Origin: Vicugna vicugna
Lineage: Eukaryota
Length of the DNA stretch: 64,000 bases
NCBI GenBank assembly: GCA_013265495.1
Contig: MU058824.1
Coordinates: 930,001-994,000, forward strand
Direction of reading: 5' to 3'
The notes beneath the pieces were generated by a model. It saw only the letters and a program-made list of their open reading frames with translations, ran no database searches and was not told where the DNA came from. The translations under genes and the position numbers were made by a program. Of the stretch, positions 26,666 to 40,489 are shown in pieces (positions within the stretch are counted from its first letter, which is position 1; every line of letters starts with the position of its first letter).

Positions 26666-27929
26666 GAGCTTTTGGGAGACTTTGACTTTAAGGGCCTGAT
26701 GAAGGAGTTTGGATTTTCTTCTTTTAAAACAAGTTTGAAAAGAGTCTTTGCCTGTTCTAACAATGTTCAGGACTGTTGATTGACAGATCTTATCTGCAGT
26801 CTGCGATTCTCAGAATGGAGACATTTTCAGACAAATGACAGCCACACGTGCGTCTCACTGTTTACTCCTCTCATAAGAGCACTGTATGATGCACATCGCA
26901 CATTGAGTTGGATGTGTGATGCGTCAGACTGCTGCCAACAAAAACACATCGAAATAAAATAATCATCTCTGTAAGCAAAGGCCTAGGGATGACACTCCAG
27001 ACACCCCTGGGGTATAAAGGGCCCTGCTGCAGCTCTGCAGGGAACAGAATTGAGGCCAGCACTGTGGTGTTGGAAAAGCAGAAAGGTCAAGGTATGATTG
27101 AGTGAGTGGCAAAGGCTGAAAGAGTTGTGGGGAAGGGGAGGTTGACTTGGGTTAGGCTGGGAGGAATAGGTGGAGGCAAATAGAAGGATGATTCTCATTT
27201 TCTTGGATGAGATGGACCAAGACAAGGGGCTGACGATGAGCAGGATATGCTCCTGAATTCTGAAGAACTCATTTAGAGAAGGTTGTTTCTTTGGCAAAAG
27301 GGGTTTGGAATATGAGGATCTGGACTGTGGACAGCCTTGAAAGCCACTCTGGAGAATTGTCCGGGCAATGGGAAAGCACTGAAGATTTTTGAGGAGTCAT
27401 TTGTTACAGTGATGGAAGTTCATCTGCAATAAGGTTGAGAAATGGAATAAATGAGTAAATGGATGTGAATGAAAGAGGGGGTAAATCTTAGGTGAAGGAA
27501 TCAGAACTGAATCCTGAGGGCACTGGGGAGCCACTAAAAGATTTTAAATAGAGTAGAGAGTGATCATATCTCTCTTTCTAGATAAAATGGGTGAGGGGAT
27601 TGGAAGGAGCAGGAGAAACTTCAGGGTAAGAGGACCAGTTGAACTGCTGCTTCTAAGAATGTCCCTCTTTTGTACATGTTGTCACAGTGCCCTGATACAA
27701 TTACTCCCACCTCCCACCCCATGTCCACCTCCACACCAAGGGTCACAAGTCAGCACAGTATGTTTATTGGCTAAATCTGACAAACCCACTCAGGGGTCAC
27801 CTTCTCCATGAAGCCTTTCCCAATTTTACTGCCTGGAAGGGACCTTTCCTCTACAGAGCTTTCACACCTCTTTAAATGTTCCCCTCTAATTGCAATCATT
27901 ACTTTTTATCTTAGCACCAAACTGTCTAG

Positions 27930-28150
27930 ATTCAAACCACAGCTCTGCTACTTGCTAGCTCTGTGGACTTGGGCAAGTCCCTTAGCCTTCCTGGGGCTCT
28001 ATTTCCCCAGTGATAAAATGAGGGTAATAATAATACCTTTCTCCTAAGATCACTGTAAGGATTTAATAAGTTAATAATGTATGTGATAGGCTTAGAACAG
28101 TGCCTGGAATATAGTGAACTTTGTATAAGCAATGGCTGTTGTTATTAATA
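27930..28150 (+). mobile_element. MIR SINE
   Basis: TTCAAACCACAGCTCTGCTACTTGCTAGCTCTGTGGACTTGGGCAAG...GGCTTAGAACAGTGCCTGG. Confidence 0.75.
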
Positions 28151-31100
28151 TCATTATTACTGTTATATTTAAATTATTTCTGTCCATGTCTTAACTCCTA
28201 TAATAGATTTGAGCTTTTTAAGCACAAGCACTGTGCCTTGTTCATTTTTCATCTTCCTCAGTGAGTAGCAAAATGTGTTCACATGGTATGTGCTCAAAAA
28301 AATATTTATAGAACAAATCAATAAATGATTGAGTGAGTGAATATAAGCTTTAGAGTGGAATTTAACTGTGGTGCTGTAAACAAAGTATTATTTGTTTTCA
28401 AGGATACTTTGATCTTTAAAGGGAAAAACGCTATGGATAATGGCAGGAACCTAAGAATCTGAGTATAGAAGGGGCAAAGGGCAAACCCTGAAGCATGGAT
28501 TTTCAAAACCCAGCTCTGTGCCTTGATATTTCCATCTGCAAAATGAAGAAATTTGATTAAATGATGTTGAAGGTCCTGTATAGGCCTAAAGTTCTATTAT
28601 TGGGATCACTAGATTCTTAAAAGTTTTGGGTTTTGGTGACTAGACCATTAGGAATTTCCTAGAAAAGTCAGTGGAAGAATTTTTTTAATTGAAAAAATAC
28701 TTCCAAATGACGTTTGGTACTAGGGTAGAGAGAAAGATCTTATCAAACATAGTGAGGGCTTGTGATAGAAGTGGATCCTCTGTTCCTCACTTTAATTAGA
28801 ACTAACACATCAAAAATAGAAATTCTGTCGAAAGTATGCACTGAGGCCACATTTACCCCGAAGACACAGAAAGCTTAAAAATCCAAATCAAACCTGCTCA
28901 GTATTCTCCTGGGGAAATGAACAATGAGAAGCCCTGGAAAAAATGAATCCACGTTTACCAGGAAGTCATTGACCCTGCTGAGTGTGATTGGGCATATTGG
29001 GCTGTGCCATTGGGAGTCTTCTAGGGTTCAGCATGAAAGGTGAAGACACTGAGGTTTCTAAAGACACCTTGAGGCTCTGACAAAAGGGGAGCCCTGGGCT
29101 GGATGGCCCTATCTCCTACATCTCTCTCAGCACCTTCTTCAAGTCTTGGGCATCATCTGCCTGTGTGGCTATCATTTGTGTCACTGGATGTTAAATTCTC
29201 CAGAGATCTATGCTTGTTTATCTCAGAAACCCTCCCACACTGTACCTAGTACCCAGTACCTACTTGCTCAACAAATATTTGTTGAATAAATGAATGTTGG
29301 TCATACCTTAAACTCTGGCTTTGAGGAATACTTATATGAGAGAGAAGTTGTAGGCACCTTAATTTCCAGGTCATGTGGAGGTTAACCAACATAAACTCTT
29401 TTATGGATTAAAAGAAAGCATATGTGTTAATTATTAGACACATGTTCTCCTACCCTCTTTCTTGACTTCTTCTTAATCAGCCTGGGCTAGAAATACAGAG
29501 ACCTGTGGGCAATGAGCCTGTAGCTCTAATATTGGTTCAGTCTGTGGGTCAGCCTATGTCTGAGATGGTGCTGGTGATAGCAAGGAGCTGGCTGTTGTTG
29601 ATAACAAAAGCCACATGGCAGCCATGACTGATGCCTGGTGGGTTTTGCCCATCTCCGATAAACCCTGCAGCATGTGATCTCCCCAAAAGAGCCCTGTACC
29701 AGGTTCTGTGCAGGGAGAGGGAAGCTAGATTCCTCCTCAACAGATGTCACCGTAATTAGATAACTCATTATATCAAGGAATAAGGAAAGGAGATTGACAT
29801 GGATACAAATGCGAACATATTGATAGCTTTTCTGCATGTGAGTTTGTGCAATCTTGGAAACCAATTCCCTGGACAAGGCTCAATGGATGAGTCAGCTGTT
29901 GGAGCCTGGGGAGATTTTCCACAATGGAATTCTAGTCAAGTATCCTAAGAGCTTGCCACTCTCTAAGACCATTCCCAGGGGTGTCCAGGGCTGAAGGCCA
30001 GTGTGGGTGTGTGCCTGTGTGCGTGGGAGAAGCCCAGCAGGGAGCCAGGGCCTCAGGGTGAAGGAGAGAGAGGGAGTAATTGCTGGGTAAGGCAGGCCGC
30101 GTGGGCAGTGGCTGACGCTGATGCACAAAATCCTGGGAACTCCTGGATCCCTTTCTTGCATCTGAGTGGAAGAACCTCCCTGGGGAAGTCGCCCCTGGCC
30201 AGGATTAAGTGACGTTCACAAGGGTACCTATGTGACCCTGCATCATTCTGTAATGTACTTGCTTGCCTCTTTTCCCTGTGGCAAAATGGGAGGGTTTGAC
30301 TACATGACCCTTTCCAGCTTGAACAGTCTGAAGTTGAAAATGCCTTTCAAAAGTGGGGGAAAAGAAGGAAACTGTGATTTGACACAGAGCATATGCCTGC
30401 TGCTTCTCTAATCGTTTCAGATCCATCATTTCCCAACAACTTCCTGAGGCTGACCTTCCAATTTTCAGGGGACAGTGATCACTTCAACCGCTTACACCTT
30501 CTGAAGACCCCAGAGCAACCCAGGCTCCTCCCCTGTGGTCTAGTTGGTCATCTGTACTAAGTACTTTTCTTCTACAGGGAGACTTAGGGGAGTGGAGAGT
30601 ATGAATAGGGAGAGCCACTCCTTAAAGAGACCCTAACTCCTGCTGCTGCTCCTGCCCCTGTGGTCTCCATCCTCTGTCCGCCACCCCAGGCACTTCCCCT
30701 GGGGCCCTCAGGCACCATCCATCCCTTTCCTTCTTCCCGCCTTCACCCCAGCATCTTACCCCAGAGAGAATGACTTCTCCTCCTATACAGAGAAAATAGA
30801 ATCAACTGGAAGGGAACTCTCTCATCTTACTTCCATGGAAGAGGAGCCTTACCTCCTTCCTAAAAACTTTCCCTGTGGTTGGCACCTGTCTCACCTCTTT
30901 AGAGTTGTGGTCCGTCCTGGACTTTATTTATTGAGTCTTTCCTCTGCTCCCTGCCTGGCTCAGCCTCCCAGACTTTCCCCTGGATATTTACAATATCCCC
31001 CCAGGTCTCCCCTCAGTGGTCTTTCTGCCACTGTTTTCTTCTTCCTGAGCCTTCTGTTTCCCACTACATATCTCACACACCTTCTTTTGAACCTGTAGAA

Positions 31101-32214
31101 AGACCCTCCAACAGCCTGAATCTGGCATTCATACATCTTGGTTAGAGTCCTGGGGAAAATTCTTTTGGAGGGACCTGGAGTCTATAAGCAGATAACACTA
31201 TCCTAAAGTAGTTGAAGCAGGTAAACTTTAAATATACAGATTATGGATGCCACCAACAGTTTATATGCAGGAACCAATGCCATGTTTGAAGTGTTAAAAG
31301 TGTGACAGGCTTTTAGCTATACGTTTTTAAAGAAAGGACAGTCACTCTTGCCTGAACAGTCCAGGCCTGAATGATAGATGGTTCTCAATAAAAGAGCTAC
31401 ACACGGCTGGCCCCGTAAAAGAGAAGAGCTGAAGACCATCCTCTGAGACAGCCTGAGGCAATGATACTGACACTGACCCAGTTACTGGCTGAGTGAGGGG
31501 ATGCAGGAGGACCTGGTTTCCTTGCGGACCACAGGCTGTCAGAATATTGCCACCCTCCATTGAAGTCATTGGCACCAAACCTGTCTGGAGGAGTGAGAAA
31601 CAGTGAACACTCTCTACTTGCATCCCTTCTTTTTCTTCCCATGTGGTCTTGCCATTAAAGCTCTCTGAACTGGTTTTTGCTCATACCCAGTGAATCTGTG
31701 CAAAAGTCCATTTAGAGGGCCTGTTTGTAGCTCCAACTCTACAGTAAAAAAGGCAGGCCTTGATCAGACTAATACCCACCTCCTGTCCACTTTCTTGCCC
31801 TACCACCTACTCATTCTGCGTTGCAACTGTCTCTCCCTGTGCAAGCACCACGGTCTCCTTTCCTCTGTTTTCCTTTGTGGTCAAATCTGGCCATCCAGCA
31901 GGGACCTGCTCAAAACTCATCTTTCCAGGGAGCCTTCTGGACTCTACCTCTTTGCCTCTCTCACAGCCCTGTCCTTCCTCTCAGCACACTCTACTTTCTG
32001 TTAGCAGTGTTACTGTTTCTGACTTGTCTCCACTACTATACCGTGAATTTTTCCAGGAAATAAATTCAGTCTGAGCCATGTGAGCACATCCCCTAGGCCC
32101 CAGCCTAATGTTGCCAGCTGGATATGACTTGCTGTGGAAGGAGTATATCATTTCCAGCCACATATTAGATGCCTCACAGTCACTGTCCCATTTACTCTTT
32201 CCTTGGTAGCTGTG

Positions 32215-32320
32215 TCATCTGATTTTGCAGATGATAAAACTGAGGCTCAGAGAAGTTAAATGACTTGCCCAAGATCACATAGGTAGCAAGTGGCTGAGCT
32301 GAATTTGAGCCCAAGCTTTG
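32215..32320 (-). mobile_element. MIR core
   Basis: ATTTTGCAGATGATAAAACTGAGGCTCAGAGAAGTTAAATGACTTGCCCAAGATCACA. Confidence 0.8.
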
Positions 32321-33229
32321 TTGTGTTTTTAAGCCTCCCTTTCCACCCTGGAGCCCAACCCCCTACAGGCTCCCACAGTGTGAACTAAGAGGTGGGAGGA
32401 GACAGAAGTGCTAACTCATACAGAGTAAACACAGTCTTTACAAGTATGATCTTTTCCCACCAAAACATGCATCTTTTTTGCCTTTGAACACTTTTTAAGC
32501 AACTCTTGAAAGAATGGAGTAAATGTGGACAACGCAGTTAAAGGCAGGAGCAAGAAAAGAGAGAGAGAATTTAGAGTTAGGTTTTCTTCTGCCGCCTCTC
32601 CTCCCCATCAGAGAGTTTGTTTTATAGGTTTGGGAGGAGATAAGTGGGAAGAAAGAAACTTCCATCCAGATGGGGGAAATGATGCAGGTATCAAACTGTG
32701 GCCAGCTTTGGGGAGATACAGAGGCAAAGAAGAATTTTGCTGTGATTCTCTCAACGAAATCACTCCATTTTGCCTATTTAAAAGAGACCCTGGGGGAGGG
32801 GGGAATTTTAAAAGGTAGGTATTGCTTTCTGGATGTCAGATTGGTGTTTTTGTTCACATGACCTCGTGAGGTGGGACTAGGGGTCACCTCGCATATTTAG
32901 GCCATGTGCCACCTTGTCCTTGCCACATCTCCTCCCTGTGAGCAGGGCCATTAGCACCTCCACTTTATGGCAAGTAGAACAGTGTACTTCAAACCCAAAT
33001 CTCCTCACCCTGTGCCAATGCCCTTTCTCAAGGCCTTCTTCCTCTTCCTGGGGTCTGGTCCTCATCACGTGAATCCATGCTGTACATCAGGGACTTACGT
33101 GTGAAGAGGCAACCTCTCTTATTTCCCCACTCACGGCAGTTCCCTACCAGTTCTCAGAGTCCTGTAACTGATGCTTCCTTATTGTGGGGCACTGGCCATC
33201 TGTCTTGATGGCAATAGCAAGAGAAAGAA

Positions 33230-33760
33230 CTCCAGAATCCAGTTCACTATACATTCAAGCTGCATCAAAGGTGAGGTGTTGCTGCAAAAATAAGCAAGCT
33301 GTTTTAAAGAGCCTGGTCCAGGTTTACTGCTCTAGTTAAACCATATCTAGAGTACCATGCTCAATTCTGGGGCCTCACACATACATCTACTTAAGTGGTT
33401 GTGAGGGGACTGGAAACAGTTTTGTAATGAAAACCCCGTGGGCTGCATTTCAACTGTAATAGCTTCTCTGTGCCAACTGGCCTCTCCCACAATCCTCTGC
33501 TCCTTGTGAAGGGTTGTGAGGGGACTGGAAACAATACTCTATTAAAGGAACTGTGAATATGGCAGTATCTCAGAAGGGTTGTCTTGAGGCAAAGGAAGCT
33601 GACGTGTGGTCCTGGGTCAGGGAGGCAGGTCAAGTGGGAAAAAGCTCTAGGCAGGCAGCTTTCACTTAGTAAGAGAACCCTGCCTGAGGCTCAGAACTTC
33701 CCAAAGTTGCTATGAATGGTGGTGATCTCCCTCGCCCTGAGTGTGTCCAAGCAGAGGCAG
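33230..33760 (+). mobile_element. L3/CR1 LINE ORF2-3' relic, interrupted by an inverted insertion
   Basis: 33326-33373 translates as TALVKPYLEYHAQFWG (CR1 ORF2 motif ALVRPHLEYCVQFW). 3' text GGTGATCTCCCTCGCCCTGAGTGTGTCCAAGCAGAGGC is L3-like. Confidence 0.65.
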
Positions 33761-33846
33761 AAGGAGCAGGGGATTGTGGGAAAAGTCAGGTTGGCACAGA
33801 GCAGCTATTACAGTTGAAATGTAACCCATGGGGTTTTCATCACAAA
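33397..33846. repeat. 85/86-bp inverted repeat (33421-33505 vs 33761-33846), left arm flanked by a perfect 22-bp direct repeat (33397-33418, 33512-33533)
   Basis: Manual alignment gives 9 mismatches and 1 gap over 86 columns (~88%). The direct repeat GGTTGTGAGGGGACTGGAAACA is exact. Confidence 0.95.
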
Positions 33847-34630
33847 GATACAATCTGCCTTCTTATTTTACATTTTCAATTCATGACTCAGGGAAACAGA
33901 ACAGCCAGGAGCTTTTTGGAACATACCGGAGTCTAAGGTAGTCCATTGTAAATGACCCAGAAACCAAAGGAGCCCACATTTAGCAAATTTGCTTGCAGTA
34001 AACATCATTCGTATTTTAAGCAGTCTCACATCCTTAAACAGAGACTGTCATTTCTGGCTCCAACTTCAGAAACAATAACATACCCTTAGGGCTTGTAATC
34101 CACACTAGAGAAATCATTAGCTCAGTCATAGAGCACCATCTGAAAGAGTCGTTCTCTCTCATTCAAATCAAACCAAACCTGCAAATATTTACCGAGCACT
34201 TCTCTGGTGCAAGAACCAAGATGGGTGAGATCTGGTCCCTGCCATCTAGGCACCAACAAGAAAGTGAAGGGGAGAGAACAGGTTGGTGAAAAGCTTAATT
34301 ACCATGTCACCTCTTCCAGCACTTTCCCCACCTATTACAATTATTTGTTTAAAACTGCTGGCAGCCCCCCTAGACTGTGAGTTCTTTAGGGACAGTATAG
34401 CTTATTGGCCAAGACACAGCATTTGCACTTATAAAAACTGAGCCTGGCCATTTGTCGGCTGTAACTTTGGACACGTTGCTTTACTGTCTTATACTTTAGT
34501 TTCCTTGTCTGAAAGTGGGAATAACAATGGAATTGATCATTGTGTGAATTAGACTAAATAACACATGCAGAACACTTAGCACTGTGGCCTGATACATACA
34601 TATGTGCTCAGAAAATATTTGCTGCTCCTA

Positions 34631-34658
34631 TTGCTACTGCTACTGCTACTGCTACTAC
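34631..34658. repeat. (TGCTAC)n short hexamer repeat at a MIR 3' end
   Basis: TTGCTACTGCTACTGCTACTGCTACTAC. Confidence 0.85.
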
Positions 34659-36031
34659 AGTGGGGGTTACTCTAATGTAGGGGTTCACTTCTAAAGTAAA
34701 GTCATAAGTTGAAAGCCATACCTAATCAGTATGATACTTCAAAATCCCACCTTACATATCCTCAGAAGCATATGCACTTTGGAAAAAAAAAACTTGCATA
34801 GTTGCTGGCACAACTTCTTTCTTGCTCATAGGGTAGGCCCACTTAAATCAATAACAGCTAATAATGACAGCTTATTACATGGTAGGCACTGGGCTAAACC
34901 TTTATATGTATTAGCCTATTTAATTTCACATCAACTCTATGAGGTAAGTCCTAGGATTTTCTCCATTTCACCTATGAGGAAACTGAGGCACAGAATACAC
35001 ACTCTCAACCACTGGGCCTGTCTTTCCTAAAGTAAATAGGATATGACTACACCCTAATGCTAATGTCAGTATGCTCAGCCATTTATGAAAATCCTGGAAT
35101 ATAGCAGGTGTTCAGTAAATGTTTGTGTAATGAATGAGTTCCTCAAGTTACTGGTTGTAGGAAGTACTACCTTTGCGCAGGGAAACCCATATGCCCATAA
35201 ACTCTCAGGCAGCAGAGGGGAAATGGGGCTGGGGTGAGGCCATCAGGAAGGTTCTCCATCTGAGAAGCCTCTTTGGTACTCTCTGCTCATACTTAGCCAG
35301 TTCCTAGATTATATCACCATCCTTAATAATCCATGGAGCTAGCTCATTCCCAGCTCACATGATCCCACAACAATAAATCTTCATCCTATGCCGTTGTCAT
35401 CTTGTGTCATCTTGGAGCCACCATATCACCACTGAGATGATGGTGTGTAGTGGGCAGAAAAAGAGGCTTATAACATTTAGCACACTTCAGAGGGATCCCA
35501 GTAAATAGATGTTTCTCTAACTGGGGTGATGGGAGGAGGTACAGAGATGTATCCTCAAGGGTCCATGAGTTTTCTCCAGGAATTTTAAAGTGATGTGTTT
35601 TTGTTTCAGTTATGATATGACAAAATTTTGTATTAGTATATTCTAGAAGTTAAGACTGCAAACTCTGGAGTCAGAGATCCTGGATGCAAATCCTGACTTT
35701 GCCACTTGGCAGTTTGTGCCTTTGCATCTAGGTTCCTAGACAAGGGGGGAAGTTGAAGGAAGTAAACAGGTTTTCCTCTTGACTTTCTTTTCTTTCCACC
35801 CAATGCAGGCAAGTCAGGAATCCACTCTAGTCTTGCCTTTGGTACAAGACTTCCTGGAGCAGGTAACACCTGAGCTGATGCCCAAAAGAATGAACTGGCA
35901 TCCACCAGCACATGTGTTATATAACCATTAAATTCATTTCTACAATGCCGTATGGTTTGCAATGGATTCTCCCATGCATTTGGTCCTGACAAAACTGAGT
36001 GCTGTAAGGTAGCAATATATAAATTTATATA

Positions 36032-36596
36032 TAGTCAATCCTTATTATTCACAGATTCCATATGTGCGAATTCGCCTGCTCATTAAAATGTATCTGCAAC
36101 CCCAAAACCAACACTTACAGCACTTTACAGGCATCTGCAGACCTGGGCAGAGCAATGAAAGCTTCGAGCTGCCCATTGCACACATTCTCCCTGAGGTCAG
36201 ACAGGGTGATGCCCTGCCTTCTTGTCTCAGCTCTCATACTGTATTTGTCATCTATTTAGTACTACATTTTTCATGCTTTGTGCCCTTTTTGTTAGAGATC
36301 TTGCTGTTTAAAATATCCCCAGGCAGAGTAGTGCACAAGGAGACTGTAATGTGCCTTAGGGAGAAAATGTGTGTAAGATGAGCTTCATTCAGGCATGAAT
36401 TCCAGTGTTGTTGGCCAAGAATTCAATATCAGTGAATCAACAATAATATTAAATAAGGTGTCTTTAAACAGAAACACACAGAAAACAAGGTTGCATGTTT
36501 CCCCTCAAAGTAGCAGTTCAAATGTTTGTTAATGCAGCATTCCCAGCCACTTTCTAGACCAAACTACCACAAATGATGAGACTATAGTTCAGACTG
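36032..36596. mobile_element. MER82 (Tigger family) DNA transposon
   Basis: AGTCAATCCTTATTATTCACAGATTCCATATGTGCGAATTCGCCTGCTCATTAAAATG...CTGCCTTCTTGTCTCAGCTCTCATACTGT...TCTTTAAACAGAAACACACAGAAAACAAGGTT. Confidence 0.75.
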
Positions 36597-39500
36597 CATT
36601 ATGTCTATACAATATATAAAATAAAAGAAACCGAGGCTCAGAGAGATTAGAGAATTTGCTCAAATGGCCCAAGGTCACGTATCTAATGGGTGCCAGGGAG
36701 GTCTGGGTCCATGCTCCTTCCACCACTATGCTCTGCCTATCGGGATTCCTGGCCAAAAGTGTTGTATGAACAATTGCCATTTGCTGAGTCTGGGTAAGGA
36801 GAATTTACTCCAGATTGTTTTCAGCCTCTCCTTTGCTGTGCTGGTCTTTATTTCTCCTCCTGCCCCTCTTTATTTGTTTTTGGATCATCTGTAATTGCTT
36901 TGTCATTGCATGGAAGGTCCTTCCAACCAAACAAATCTGTGGGTACCTCTTGCTTTATAGTGCAGGTCTCTGCAAGGAGAGACTAGGAAAAGAGCAGGAC
37001 AACCAGTTTGGGAATCAGCTCATTCAAGTTCATACATGAGCCAATGAAAATTCTCCTTCATTATTCTTACTAATATTTTAAACTCTAGAATGGGGCAGAT
37101 GGGAGGAGAGGAGTTAAAGGGACATCTGCCCCCTCCTTGACCACTCTCTCCCCTGCAGCCTTCACAAATCCTTGAGATTCCTACACCTCCCCATTGAGGA
37201 GCAATGCCTCTTTGCAAGGGTTTTCAAACAGTCAGTGTCATTTTTATGGGAATTTAGATCCAACATATCTCTTTTCACAGGTCCCACAATGCTTCCGTGA
37301 TGATGAGTTTGACAGGCATGACAGAAGAAAGGCAGGAGGGCGGAGGAGAAGAGAGGGGATTAACAAGTGTCTGCAAAGTAGCATTTATATTTAGAATTTC
37401 CTTTCCTTTCAAGGGTTGGTGTGCCAGTCAGGACTCTTGGTATAAACAACAGAACCCATTTAGCTCATTTTACTGGAAAGAGAATTTATTAAAGAACATT
37501 AGATAGTTCACAGAATCTCCAGGACAGCCAAAGAGTGCAGCAGAAAGGTAGCCAGCCAGGAAAATACCCAAACCACAAAGTGAGATTACACCTTCAAAGG
37601 CCCGACTGGCAATGCTCCCGGGCGTAAACACCACAGTTTTCACCAAACACGCTGAGAGTCGAACATCAGAACCCCAGGCTCTGACATCCCTCAGGCTTCC
37701 TCTTCCACTTCTGAACTGGATTCTTCCGTGGCCACATGCGATTCGTGAAGCCCAGTCACATGACTGAGGGACCAACCTGGTCTCAGCCCTGATAAATCCT
37801 CATACGGGGACCAGAACAACTTGTTCACTTGCTGAGTGACCTCAGGGAAGTCACCAAACTCACTTGTTCCAGTTTTCTGATCGTTAATAACGGAAGATTC
37901 AGCTCAGTGTGCTCTGAGGTGGCTTTCAGTTCAGAAATGCTGTAATTTGGTATTTCTAAGCATCTGAGAATGTTTTATTTAGCACTCAACCACCCCAGGA
38001 TGTTTGATAAAATCTGATCATTTGGACAAGTCCCAGGAAAAGAACAGATCAGAGCCTGCATTGGGTGCTGGGAGCCCACCTGATGGGAGAATGTGTGTAT
38101 ATAGTAGGAGGTGGGGAGGTGGGTGATGAGAGTTTGGAGACTTTTAGAATTAGAAGGGAGTTAAAAGACTATTCAGCTTCTTTCTTTCTCTTTCTTTTTT
38201 TCCTTCTTTCTATTCAGTTCATTTCAAATATGGAAACTGAGCCTCAGAGAAGGAAATGATGAATCTAAACTCACAGAGCTAGTAGTTAGAGGCAGAACTG
38301 GGATTAGCATTAGCTTTTCTGCTTTCCATTCCAGGTTTCTTTCCCCAGTGCCAGGGATGACAAACAGATTTCCTTTCCTTTCCTGTGCTAACTCTAATGA
38401 ACTAGCAGTGGCTGCCTTGAGCACTGTCTTCAGGAAGGTTCCCAGGTCCTTCAGGGCACAGTGGGAAGGGTGCTGTAATTGATTAGCAATGTCTGTCTCC
38501 CACAGGAAGAGAGAGCGGTCACCCAGGTTTGCCCATTCCTAATTTACCAGGCCTCATAGAACCAAATTGCCAGTAAGGAACTGGAGGCTCATTCTCCATT
38601 GAAAGAATAGGTGAAAGAAGAGTGGGAAACTATATAACCCATTTTGCAGAAGACTCTTGAAAGTACTTAGCTCAAAATTAAGAGGTGATAGTTGAAGAAT
38701 GCTTAGGGAACCAGCTCACACCTACATTCAAAGTTCGCTGAGTAACACTGGGAACAAAGAGTATTGCAAACTGTGAAAATGGCATGTGAAAGCCAGGATG
38801 TGAGAGCTGGGGGAACAAGTTCCTAGAAAAGCAGAATAAGACAATTAAGTTAGAGACATGTTGTACAATGTGCACCCAGAAGTTTTTTTTATGGGGGTTA
38901 TGTTGTTCTAACTAAAATATCAGTGCTTAGACTGAGACAGTAAAATTAATTGATTTGTTTTCATGAACAGAGTTTTATGTAAAATCTTTATGAGCATATG
39001 AATTGGTCAATCCCTCCATTCCTAAGTTAAATTCTAGTTAATAATGATGATGATAGTAATAATAACTAATTTAATCCTCATTACAATCTTGTGAGATAAA
39101 TACTATTATCACTGTTTTATAGGTGGGGAAACTGAGCTTTAGATGGCCTGAGGGACTGCCCTAAGGTCACACAACTAACAGGTGGCAGAGCTGGAATTTG
39201 AATCAAGCTCGGGATTTTTTCCCTTCATGCTAGTTAAAAGCTGGATCCAATCAGAGGCAAGTTTGAGAATTTGTGAAAGTTACTAGAAGTGAGATGTGAA
39301 CCTTTGCAGAACTGGCCCTGAAATCCTAACTCCTCTTAATAGGAAAGTGACTTCATGATCTTCCTCTTATTTTCATCTACTAAAATTCAAATCACCAAAC
39401 TTCTTAGCCTCTCTGGGAAAACTAAACGACTCACCATTTCAAGGGAAGCCTGTGGGGTTTGTGCACAGCGATTTCACATCTTCCCTGAAACACCGACACA

Positions 39501-40489
39501 GCCAATCCAGGTTAAAGGATATCAGCATTGCCACACACTCTTCTTTCTCCCAAATTAATCAAGAAGTAGGAATTTCTGACAAATGCCATCTGCTGATTTT
39601 TCAGAGACAAGTTTTGGTGGTGTGACCAGCAGGTGCCTCGGCTTTTTCTAGCATGCAGTACCAAAATAGTCACCATGGCAACCCTCAGAGGGCAGGCTTC
39701 CAAAGAAATGCATTGTGAGCACAGAAACTCTAGAGCACTTTCAAGCAAGAAGGAAGGAGGCTCAGTGGGCAGGTTTCCAATGGAGGAGTAGGGAGCAGGA
39801 GCTTCTCCCTACATCCCCAGGCCAGACCCCAGGCTGCTTGGTACAGCCAGGCTCTCAGTCACCCTGGGACTTGTGCTCCCAGAAAGAGAGAGGAAATGAG
39901 AAATTTAGAATTCGTGGGGAATGGCACGCAGAACAGGCAACTGTCAGATTTTTTGCAGGGAGTGGTTTGGGAGTGGGACAAGTTCTTTGGAGGAGAGACA
40001 AGAAAGCCATGGCCCCGGGCTGGGAGGCCGGAAACTTGGGTTCTAATTGCTAACCAAGTGACCTTGGACAGTTGGCCTAATCTTTCTGAATCTCAGCTTC
40101 TCATTGTGAAATGGGGATGGTGAACTCACCCTGCCTCATCATGGGGGAAATTGAGGATATCATATCATGCTTGTGGAAGCTCTTGGTAAGTCTGTCAGTG
40201 GACAGTGAAGAGTGAAAAAAGCAGAGATTTGAGGTTCAGGAAGCCTGGGTTCCTGACTAGACTCAGCCACTTTCTGATCCTATTAGCCTGGGCAAGTGAC
40301 AGAGCTTCCCAGACCTCAGTCTCCTCACATCACACGGACATGAATAAGTTATGCCTGGACGTGTGGGTGTGCAGGTTAATGAGGTGCAATATGTGTGATC
40401 AGGGGTGCAAGTCTATGCTCCCTCCTCTGGGCTCCTGGGACTTCCAGATCCTTTGCTCCTCTGTGACCGTTGATTCCACACTCCCCAGT

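Noticed and set aside
33397..33533. Two identical 22-bp repeats with a spacer (CRISPR-like)
   Set aside because: There are only two copies, the spacer is 93 bp, the context is mammalian and there are no cas genes. A target duplication explains it.
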